Origin: Eremomyces bilateralis CBS 781.70
Taxonomy: Eukaryota
Assembly: GCA_010015585.1 (NCBI GenBank)
Contig: ML975150.1
Direction: 5' to 3' (one strand)
DNA: 64,000 bases
Below are positions 1 through 10,199 of this stretch, piece by piece. The number at the start of each line of letters is the position of its first letter. Positions within the stretch are counted from its first letter, which is position 1. The position numbers were made by a program, and so were the translations under genes. The notes below the pieces were generated by a model, which worked only from the letters and a program-made list of their open reading frames with translations, had not been told where the DNA came from and made no database searches.

Positions 1-1877
1 CTGAAGAGGAGCCTGCTCGATAGCTGGCCGATTATAGAGGACGAACCGCTTCGCATCATGGATAAAGCTTGAAATGCCAGGGCAATTACTTAACTAGCCG
101 AACTATTAGCGAAAGCACTTGACGTGCTAGAGGTATACTAACGGAAGTAAATAGCTCTATAGACGCGATAGCATGAGCTCCTTCCGACACCTTCCCCATC
201 CATCCAAGAGCCTCGAGCCAGTGAAGAAGATGCTCCTGCAAGAATTGATGTACTTGACCATTATCGCAAAGTCGAGCACCGCTTTTCTGGAGGTGCTGGA
301 TCCAGTAAAGACATGCGTACTGGACTTCAGGAGGAAGGCTTTTTTCAACTCGGCTTCTCTCGACATTGGCTACAAGCATGCCGGGGGCATCTACGCAACA
401 GATATCTTGCTTGAGTGATGACGACATAAGCTGGATACAGCTGTTGGTTAACACTTGGTGGGCTTCCTTCTCGTCTACCCAGAAATTTGGATCTCCGCAT
501 CTCTTTTTATCGAGAAGAAAGTCGCGAAACGAAGGGTGATGCAGGCGAAGTGGATATATGTCGACCTTAGGGACGTCTAGAATCGCATAAAGATCCCTGA
601 GCACCTGATCGATCTTTTGCTTGGTGATATTAAGCAGCCTGTGAAGCGAGCTGGCAGAGAGCGGAGAGAAGAGAACAACGATGCTTCCAAGAATGTGCCT
701 TTGCATGCCATACGATGCTTCCTTCTCCTTTGCTGAGTAACCTGACCGGATAGATTTCTTTAGGACGGTAGTATAGAGCTTATTAAGGTGTACTTCTGGA
801 TGCTCTTCTGGTGCAGGAATAGAGGTACTGCCTTCTAGCAAAATTTGCACTCTTTCGTCTGCGAGATAACCTTCTTGAATGAACCGACAAGCGGTTGCGG
901 CCCAAATGAACAATCCCCCTGCAATCTGGATCAGGCTTTTGATAATCTCTTCGCCTGGCCAGGAGTCATCCAGAGAGTGCTCCTGTCCAATAAGTTTAAG
1001 ATTATACTCGAAGAAAACAGAGATGTCATGATCTACGATTGAGGGTGATATGCTGTGAAGTACAAAATCCTGGAGATTCGCATTCGGTAGCTGACGGAAT
1101 CCATATCGGATTGGAATCTCAGGTCGGCTCGTTAGTAAGACTCGTAGTCGAACCGTCTTTAACAATCGAGCTTCAGCCAAGAGGTGTATGATAATCCGGA
1201 TGTTATTATCACCGTCGCACTCATCGAGCGCATCAACGATAAGTATGTACGAGGACTGGCTACCGCTTTCACCTAACTTCAATAGTGGACCTAGGATAAG
1301 CTGCTGCCACTGGTCACGGAGGGACTGACTCGTAATGTCGCGGCGCTCTATGATGGCATCGCAAATGTGCTGTTGAAGAGAGGGTATGTTGTTCGCCAGC
1401 TGCCACGCAATGCTCGTGATGAACTTGCCTGCATGGTTAACATCCCCACCGCCGCGCGAGAAGAAGAAGCTGGCTCCGAGATGCTTCTCATCGAAGTACC
1501 TGCGGGCGACAGTGCGCGCAATTGTCGACTTGCCCGTGCCGGCCAAGCCGTTCAACCAGAAAAGAGAGCGCCCATCTTGCCCGTCAGCCCAGTCGTATAT
1601 CTCTTGGAGGAGGTCGACGCGGGTATCGGGAAGGCAGGCCGGGTCGTGTTGTCGCTGGTATGCATTGAACGGCGCGTCCTTTGCGGTAGGGAGGGAGTTG
1701 AGCACATCGTTCAAGTCTAGATTGCTAGTCAGCTTCCTGCTGCTTTGAGGCCATAGCCAGCTAAGCACCCTCACTTTCGCTGCTCCTAAAGTTCACAGAT
1801 CCATGGATAGTGCCAGCGACAACCTGCGAATTCTGGTTGGCGGACACACCGCTAATGAGTTGAGTGCTGCCTGACAT
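1..1877 (-). CDS. Fungal NLR (NACHT STAND protein, HET-E/NWD-like, probably WD40 C-terminus beyond the window) with a short N-terminal amyloid-motif-like exon; 3' partial
   Basis: Exon 1 1877-1775 (MSGSTQLISGVSANQNSQVVAGTIHGSVNFRSSE); intron 1774-1717 (GTGAGG..GCTGAC..CTAG); exon 2 1716-143 with CLPDTRVDLL, P-loop GLAGTGKST, SFFF, Walker B LIVDALDEC, LLTSRPE, GLFIWA, HPSFRDFL, YACLYW; intron 142-94 (GTTAGT..GCTAAT..CTAG); exon 3 FIHDAKRFVLYNRPAIEQAPLQ runs off the edge, the segment that typically precedes WD40 repeats in HET-E-like proteins. Confidence 0.9.
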
Positions 1878-2184
1878 GAGCTTGGAGTAGCAACGCTAAG
1901 TTTTGCTAGGTGCCGGTTGTTGCTCTCGTCTGGCACATGTTGCCGTGTATATGGGCATGCGAACACCTGGGAGTGAGTTCATGTCTGTACGCAGATGAGG
2001 TTCATCCTGTTATGGGTTGAAACCCTTGGTTGGCTAAGGCTGAGAGCCCAAGCCTGATTAGGTTAAGGGTTGATTCAGAGTCCAACCCTCTTCGATGTAA
2101 ACAAAGAAGGCTTCCTGTCGCACGTGATGTGCTAAAATGGTTGGGAGTGAGGTGCTGTTGTTCCAGCAGCGAAGTTGTTGTATT

Positions 2185-2228
2185 GTTGTGTGTTAGTTGT
2201 GTGTAAGTTGTGTGTAAGTTGTGTGTTC
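2185..2228 (+). repeat. 11-bp tandem repeat, 4 copies (GTTGTGTGTAA variants)
   Basis: gttgtgtgtta gttgtgtgtaa gttgtgtgtaa gttgtgtgttc read directly. Confidence 0.85.
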
Positions 2229-3154
2229 TAGCTGAATGCCTGGTCCCCCGGCCCTAGAGCTACAGATATACGAGAGTCACGGCAAGATTATTAATGCAGT
2301 TTGTAGCCTTGGACTCCTAGAGCTCATGCCTTGGCCTGCGACACTTCCCCTTCTTGTTCTCTTCTTTAGCTTAATCTAGAATATCTTTGGCTATGTGTAT
2401 GTTGTGTGCATCCAGCTACCGTGCCGTAACACATCCTCAATCCTCAACTAGCAAATGCATTCGCAAGGCTCGCCAATCAACACTCCTGCCTTGCCGCTGT
2501 CCACTGCTGGAGAGCAGCTGTCGGCTGTAAAGTAGGGCGGAGCTAACGCCAAGATCATTTGTCGACACTGTCGAAAGCGAGCATCTTAACTGCCTTTCCA
2601 TTCCGGTAGCCAACGGGCGTTGTACGCCCTCTGAATTTGAAGCAATGTCTTATACCACTCTGGTTGACTATATTTATAATATCAAGCGCGAAAATAGAAA
2701 CGGAAATATTATCCACCATCTTTCGTCAAAGTAGGAACCCTTGATTGTGGAGTTTCTAGATTGGCCATGGCCGGTAACCCTGCTGGCTGCTGCCCTGTCA
2801 TCCGCTATAATTATCCCTATTACTCTCTAAGCCGGCTTGGTTTTGGCACGCGATGCTTATAGACACGTTCTTCCGGTCTTCGAATGCCTCGAGGTCGTCG
2901 CGGCCGCCCCTTCTGTCCCTTCTGCTGCGGCAGAGGCTAGTCGCAGCTGGGAACGGAGTCGTGTCAGTCATGCGCGAACGAGAAGGGGAGAACGATTGAG
3001 TGACAGGGGCCCGTTAGGAAAAGGCGCAAGGAAAGGCAAGGAGGGCGAAGGAGGTGAAGGGTGGGAACGGAACGCGGACGGAGAGAAGGTTTTGCAATTC
3101 TTTCGAAAAGTTGTAGATGGGGAGAGTTTAGAGAAAAGAAAGAAGATGAAGAAG

Positions 3155-4262
3155 TCAGAGTAAGGGAAGAGATACCCAAAACCAGAAACGGCAAGGGACC
3201 ACCATGTCGAATATTTTTAAAAAGTCATAGCTTGCATCGTCTATCATTCCTTCCAGCGCGCCATCGATGATTGCAATACCCAGGATATGGAACACGGGAC
3301 ATAACATTGGAACAGTGCTCTCTGTAAGAATGAAGATTTTCCTGGACAGCTCGCACATTAGCCTCAAGCTACGCAGAGGTCTAAACCCGCAAGACTACCC
3401 ACCGGTTACCGTGCCGCTTGACTCCTTTAGTCCATTGGAGATCGACGTCGATATAGAATAGATCCCTCATGGTAGGATCTACATACTTTACTAGCTTGAT
3501 CGTGATGTGCTTCTAGCATAGGCAGCGTAGCTCACTCAGGTCGGTAAGGTTGAATTCCGTATACCACGGCTCCGGTTCTTCACCTGGCACGTGAGATGGG
3601 CCGTACAGGATAGCACCTGGCCGAGTCGCCGTATAGGCGTGGATCAAGATCCCCAAAGGGAACTGCAGACGCATACGGTCGTTTTTGAAGAACAAGTCCG
3701 ACCGCTCCCAGTGCGTTTCCAAGATCGTATACAGATCCTTGAAATCAATCACTGACGCAGGCTCGCGAAGGTTGCTTAGCCTGTACTTTTTCGTGAATAT
3801 CTCAGAGATGTACTAAACCAGTTCAGCTCAGTTACAGTTACACCGAAGTCCGTCGCATATGTACCTACAGTAGTTTTCGTTGCGCCGCGGTCCACCGAAC
3901 TACGTCCGGGAACCTCTGATGTCGAATCGCGCCGAATGGAGTGAAATAGTTGTTCCATGTTACGGGCGTCCCGATCCGATCGATCTCCATAATGTACGCC
4001 AAGAAAACGATAATATCGAAGTTCGTTGCTATCGTCAGCCGGTCGTCTGAGGATCCGGAATAATTTCGATACTTGCAGAACCTTAGCGATTCCGTTAGTC
4101 GGCTGGTGCTCATTGCCATGCCCACAGAGCTTACATTTCCCATCTCTTTATCACTGATTTGTAGTTCACGCGAGTTGTTGTCTCCCCTCGTTTGTTCACA
4201 TCTCCTAGTCTTTGGACTTGTTCTTCAAATGCATTCAGTCCTAGCGGATCAACTTCCGTCAT
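3155..4262 (-). pseudogene. DUF3435-like tyrosine recombinase (Starship captain type), premature stops and C-terminal truncation
   Basis: Spliced model (introns 4134-4082, 3864-3813, 3402-3342) gives MTEVDPLG..KRWEMFCKYR..RKLL*YISEIFTKKYRLSNLREP..HWERSDLFFKNDRMRLQFPLGILIHAYTATRPGAIL..CLC*KHITIKLV..DLQWTKG..LCPVFHILGIAIIDGA. RxQ..YTATRPGA, TKG and CPV..L.IAI.D match DUF3435 motifs as I recall them. Stops at 3865-3867 and 3513-3515; similarity ends near 3195. Confidence 0.75.
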
Positions 4263-5742
4263 AATGTAATTGCGGGAAAATGAAGGTGTAGGGGTGCGGT
4301 CGGCTTCTTCCTAGAGAAGTATTGTAGTAGGAGCCTGGTTCCGAATCCGTAGTCCAGAACATCAACAGCAGAGGAAGTCGCCATTCTTGCAGTGCCTTGC
4401 TTTTAAGGTAAGCGATTGGATTGTCTCCTCAAAGATGTGAGCGGCAGCAAAGGATGCATCAATGACACACTAAAGTCCCAACAATGAAGCAGAGGTGCGC
4501 CTAAGATAGTCGGGCGCCACAGGGAAGGGATTGATTGCTCGACTACTAGTAGCGGAGATATCAATTCTACGAGGTGTCTTGGCACGATAATGAAAGCGCA
4601 AAGGAAAAATAACCTTCGAAACCCCGTCTAGAAACCTGAGAATTCTCAGGACACTTTAACCAGCATCTTGATGATAATCACCATTGCTCCATCGCGCTTT
4701 GACAGTATTTGACTCTTGATTCTTGCGGGAGAGGCTGGGTGTGTCTCGTCAAAGCGCATGGCTCGTGTTGGAACTTCTGTTGTGTTGGAACTTGGAACCT
4801 CATCGGGACCAAGCTTCCCGCAGTGAGAAAGTATCGCGTGGTCGCTTGTGTTGCTAATTGTCAATTTGCCATTCACCCGGATGCCGGATGCTGTCCACAC
4901 TCTATAAGCATTAAGACGCCACTTAATTTACTCCGCGATAGTCTCAGAATGTTCCCACGTGTCGGGCTAGTTCCCCAGGTCGGGCAGGTCCTCACCAGCA
5001 TAGCCCTGCTTAAGACTTAGATATCGGATATGACAGGGGGGCAGCACTGGTCAACAGTTATCATGATACTGGAGGTTGTTAGAGCCACTACAATGGGCGC
5101 TTAGCGCATGGCGTTAGTTGTAGTCTGTAGATAGTAGATATTGAGTAGCTGAGGAGAATAGTGAAAGCGGGCTCGGCAGGCAATGATGCGATAGTCGAAA
5201 GACCATCGCCCCTACGATAAGAAATGGAAAGAAGATCGGACGCGGCGCACCCAAAGGCGCCGCGGAAAGTATAATGACTTTTGATTGTATTGAGGTGATT
5301 CCACTGCTGCAGCAGAATCTATAGACTGATCCCGCCATCCGAGAGAGCTATCAATGCTAACGCTAGCAGCTCATGTATCGCTTCAACGCCCAAATGGGTA
5401 GTTGCTTTCGCTCCTGAGCGCACCAGTATTCCCCCCATCCCCAGAGCCGAGCGATCAATAAAACCATGCTTGCTTCCTTCCTATCGAGTGAGAGGTCCAT
5501 CCATCCGTGACCGAAAAATAGTCGGACGCCGGGCCTGTGGCCACCGTACACCACCGCCATATGCCGAATCCGAACGCGCCCGAAAGATGGTGACCTCGCG
5601 AGGGACCCTTTCTGGAAGTGTTGCTACTCGGGAAATAAAACCAAAGAAACGCCGTGGATGATGCAATACGCGTTGTCGGCGAACGTCAAGCGTTAAGAAG
5701 AAGGAAAGGATGGGTAGTGGGCACATGAGGATGGGCCGGGGA

Positions 5743-8446
5743 TCAGGTGATGTATTTGTACATCGAATCATCCTCCGGCATGCGGGCGAGATACTCCTTG
5801 TCGAGGAGCGACTCTATGCGCTTCTTGATCATGGTCACCTCGGGCTTGAAGTGGGAGGCGAGCTGCGAGATAGTCTCGCTGATCAGTTGGAGATGAGCGC
5901 AGGTCTTGCGTTGCCTGATTATACAGGTTAGTTCGGTTATTCACAACAGCCTAAATATTAGAAAAGGAGATAGGTACGTACTTCATAATGCGAACGATCG
6001 TCGCCTCGATGTAGTGAGCCCGCATCTGCCGCACCGAGTCATCCGTGTCCTGGCGCTCCTTGTCATTTTCGACTCTATTCCCCGCCGATACGACGCCGAC
6101 TTTGATGCGGATGAATTTGCCGGAAAAGCCCTCATTGAACTTGAAGCGATCGGTCGGCTTGATGTCTCGGGTCATCGGCTCCTTCAGGAGGATCCGCGTC
6201 TTCGTCGCCAAGGACAGGGACTGCAGGTTTCGCGTGAGTTCGTGGGGCGGAATGTTCGTCCGCGCCTCGATCTCCTCGTAGGTGAGCGCCTCGTTCTCGC
6301 TGAGGTCGTTGAATAGGAGGAGGATGATCATCGCATAGGTGGAGACATTGAGTTCGTGTTTGCGTTCCCGCAGACCATCCTTCGTGGGAACCTTAGGGAA
6401 GACGGCGCGAATGTCGGCGGTGCCCATGCCACCGAGCCAGGAGAGGACCCGACCGGAATGTCGGTTCAAGTAGAACTTTTCGAACCCCTTCTTCACCCGC
6501 TCAATCTCGGGAGGGAAGATCGGCCCTTGCGCCTTGTCCTGCTTATTCGGGTCGCGATCAAGTGCGCCGCTCATGTGATCCAGTGGCCAAACGGTGGCCG
6601 TGAGGACATGCATCGAGAGGTCGACTCGCGCAGGGTCATAGTCTCCAAGCTTGTCAACGTATGCCCTGTAGCCATTGCTCAGCTCTTCCGAAACGGTCAT
6701 GTCCTTAAACATCGACTCCAGCTTCGAGGTGAAATTGTTGCCGAGCTCGATCTTCATCCGGGAGATCATTTGCTTCTCCACGTCGTTGCTGACGGACTTG
6801 TTCATGAGGAGTCGACGGCTGAGATGCTTCTTGTAGTACTTCTCGAACATGTCTTTATCTTGAACGTAGCGAAGGAGAGTGATCGCCTTATCCAGCACCA
6901 GGTCCACTTCGTGCTCTGTCTTGCCTTTGATTCCCTTCTTCATGTTGTCGTCGATGAAGAGAGAAATGTATTCCGTGCCACGCGGGAAAGTGGCGGCATT
7001 GATGAACTCACTGAACACCTTGCTCAATGCCGCTTGTAGAGCCTGGTCCGAAGCGAACGAGAGGCGCCAGATCGTGTCGAATTTGTCCTTAAGCTGCAGC
7101 ACATCCTCTACCCATTTCATTGCAGCCGCGGTATGTTGATTGACAACCCGTTCGCCAGACTTCGTCGATCCATCCGAATATCCAGGAGCTGGCGCGGGAG
7201 GTGTATGGGAGGCTGCAAGAGCAGCCCTGTTGATCTCATCACCCATTTGTGCGACCCGTTTCTGGATTGCCGTAATCAATTCCGTCTTTTTGGAATCGAC
7301 TCGTGCATTAAGATTATAGACTAGGCTCAGTTCTTCGATGCGGTTGTTGTCACTCATGAACTTCACGCCATTCGGCATCGCAATGACCTCTGCTATCTTG
7401 TTTCGGATCAGCTCATCTTCGACCACTCTCCTGATCTTATCGGTTGTGGACTCCGACAGGGTTGATCGACACCGATCCTCCTCTTCCCGAATGCGGCGAC
7501 TCGCCCAGCGGCAGTAGGTCCCGGCATCATTTTCGCGAATCAGCCTCTCGGATTCCTCTCGATAGAACTCTGTGCTGGCTTTGAGAAACCTGGGCTGAAA
7601 GCGGGTAACGTAGAGGCGTGTCTCCTGTCCGTCGGTGTTCGACTCGTTCAAGCTTTCCATCATGTGAACACAAGACCGGATGAAGTGCTTGTTGATGGTG
7701 TCCCCATCGCGCTCCATGCGCACTTGGTCGAGAATGATCGTCGATAATACATCCAGTAGGTCCATTCCGTCTTCGCCTTTGGTGACGAGCCACTTGAGAA
7801 CGGTGTCACGGAAGAGCTCCATGCAGGCCTCAAAAATGGGGGTTCGGCGTTGCTCACGGCAGTAGACACGATCCTAGAAGTACCATTAGCACGAATAATT
7901 GTACCGTGGGGCACGGTACCATACCAAATACATCAGAACATCCGCCAACATGTTGATGCACGTCTGATGGTTATCCCATGCCTTGGTTGCTCCCTTCAGC
8001 AACAACTCTCCGCTGACTCTCCGCTCATTGACCGTCTTCGTGTCATACTCCTCAAAACTGAGAAGCGCCGACGATGCGAGGGTGTGCAGTCTCGGACGGA
8101 TATCTTCGCTCAGCCAGTCGTGTTCGAAATCGATGACCCGCTTGTAGAGCTGGTCTCCTTTGCGCTTGAGGACCAAGACGTAGGCATGGCGGTAGAGCTG
8201 CTCATATGACAACTGAGAGGCATTCTGAGTATGGATTTCGCGGAAAGAGTCCGACAATGTGACCCATGTCGGCTCGAGGTCGACATCGTCGCCTTGGATG
8301 TTCTGTATAGGCACGGATTCAAAGTGAGCCAACAGTCCCGCCATGGTGTAATATATAACTCTGTGGGAAGCAAATGGAAGCGGGAAAGAAGGATCGTATA
8401 CCTTTCGCGGAGGCTTTATCTTCCTAGCCCCACGGCTGGCGATCAT
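5743..8446 (-). CDS. CUL3: Cullin-3
   Basis: NASQLSYEQLYRHAYVLVL, EYISLFIDDNMKKGIKGK, DKDMFEKYYKKHLSRRLL, IVRIMK|QRK neddylation region, IKKRIESLLDKEYLAR; introns ~8401-8303, ~7925-7876, ~5981-5915. Confidence 0.95.
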
Positions 8447-8890
8447 CACGTCGACTCGTGGGACAAGTGAATCGCTACTTCTTTAACGTTTAGCGGCGAA
8501 TTTGGGGGTGGAAGCTGAGAGATATACGGTGGTGACGGGGAATGGAAAAGAGTCAGAGCGAATCCTCCAGGTTGAGAACACGGAGTGATGCACTAGACAT
8601 TCTACACGAAGTTGGAGCCGTTTAGGAAAGGTTCAGAGAAGTGAGGCAATGAAGAAGTGGTTGCGGAGGCAGGTAACCATGGAATGGCGGATTGGATTGA
8701 ACGAAGAATGAATGAACGCTGAGAGCGGGAGTGAACGTGGGGCCGCCCGCGAACAAGGATCATCGCGACTTACGCCCGCTTTGAGTTTAGTCCCAAGTTC
8801 TTTGTAAAGTGACGACGATGACAAAACTTCGTATTGGCCTTTGAGTCCTTTCTGATATACCCGTGTCACGTCGATAATACTCCTGGAAGA

Positions 8891-9479
8891 ATGCAGAGGC
8901 TACCGGCAGCTCGTGGCATCCGCACGCTTTTGCCATCATGGCATCAAGGATACGCATCCGCTCCTCTGCGGATACCATCGACGGTCCTTCGATCGTCTGC
9001 GAGGGCCTCGTTGTGGCGTACTTCTTCTGTCGCTGCGTGGAAGAGCAGTTTCTCGACCGCCAGGAGCCTTCGGGACCAGCGGGCACCTTTGACGGAACCG
9101 CCTAGCTCGGCACCAGCCGTGAGCGATGAGGAAGCTGAGCCCAAGAAGGACGTTCCGTCATACGATATGACCTTCACCTGCAAGAAATGCACCACTCGGT
9201 CCACGCATCGAGTGTCAAAGCAGGGCTACCACCATGGGACGGTGCTGGTGACATGTCCCGGGTGCAAGAATCGCCACCTCATCTGCGATCACCTGAAGGT
9301 AAGCAGCCATCGTCTGCGAAAAGGCTTCGTGATCCTGCGGAAGAACATTAGCTGATTTCGGGTCATGACAGATCTTCTCGGACTCCCGCATCACCATAGA
9401 GGATATCCTGAGCGACAAAGGCGAGCTCTTGAAACGCGGTGTTTTGAAACCGGATGGCGATATCGAGCTTTACAAATGA
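8891..9479 (+). CDS. ZIM17: Mitochondrial DNL-type zinc-finger chaperone (Zim17/Hep1/Tim15)
   Basis: Arg-rich presequence; [38 protein letters not shown]; intron 9299-9371. Confidence 0.92.
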
Positions 9480-10109
9480 GCATGTGGTGTCGGTCGCTGG
9501 CCAGGCGAGAAACATGTGCCGTCGGCAGGCCACGACGTATTCCTCGGGCGCTCAACAGAACTTCGCGGAACAAAACATCGCAAAGATTCTCGCATCGTAG
9601 TGGGGGGGCATGGAGGGGGAATGTTTATGTTCACTGCGGGAACTGCGTGTGAGCGCAGATGTGTCATAATATCTGGCGACGCCGCGAGGCCATGATTCAC
9701 AAGCGCGTTCGTGTTGACGACGACACGGAGGCGATGGTCTGCGGACTCTGATACGACTCTCCACTCAGTTATGGGCATGAAGAAGAAGAATTGTGTCTTC
9801 TGTATACTAATAGCTACCGAGACGCGCAGATGCGCGCAGGCGTTCAGCTCGGGAGACATGATGTCTAGCCTGGGTTTGGTTGTATAGACGCTATGTAAGA
9901 CGATACCTATATAAAAGCCCTGTAGAATATGTTTCTAGACGACTCCTTGCAAGATTTGCAATTCTATACTTCTACTATTGACTGTTATGTCCGAACTATA
10001 TCAACATCATTGGTCCAAATTGGCTTTGTTGGTTCCATATTGTTGTGGACTGATATCATATTACCGGTACGATTGAAAATTCATCTATTATACAAGATCC
10101 GCTCCGCCA

Positions 10110-10199
10110 CTACCAACCCCTTTTCCTACCCGATACTCCATGCTCAATTCCTTTTACCAACCCCTTCTCCTCCCCCTATACTCCATGCTCACTTCCTTC
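10110..10199 (-). repeat. ~44-bp imperfect tandem duplication of the last codons of UTP20
   Basis: accaaccccttttcctacccgatactccatgctcaattcctt followed by accaaccccttctcctccccctatactccatgctcacttcctt. Confidence 0.8.

Larger units (their letters stand above)
1..5300 (-). mobile_element. Candidate degenerate Starship-like element or accessory island (captain relic plus NLR cargo); right boundary approximate
   Basis: A DUF3435-like gene is the first gene when reading leftward from the core cullin-3 gene, followed by an NLR on the same strand; intergenic DNA is degraded and CTAG/TA-rich; no terminal repeat or target-site duplication identified. Confidence 0.4.

Noticed and set aside
1717..1774. 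ORF-track N-terminus MRVLSWLWPQSSRKLTSNL for the NACHT protein
   Set aside because: It begins at GTG and has donor, branch and acceptor signals, so it is most likely an in-frame intron.
2010..2092. Telomere-like GGGTT/AACCC words
   Set aside because: Scattered and imperfect, with no tandem TTAGGG array.
1878..5740. Adjacent HeLo/HELL effector gene partnering the NLR amyloid motif
   Set aside because: I found no ORF with a matching C-terminal motif in this interval; any partner must be outside the window or lost.
4263..5740. Starship terminal repeat, target-site duplication or 5S rDNA insertion site
   Set aside because: No 5S-like sequence or recognisable terminus seen; the palindrome cctgagaattctcagg (4635-4650) alone is insufficient.
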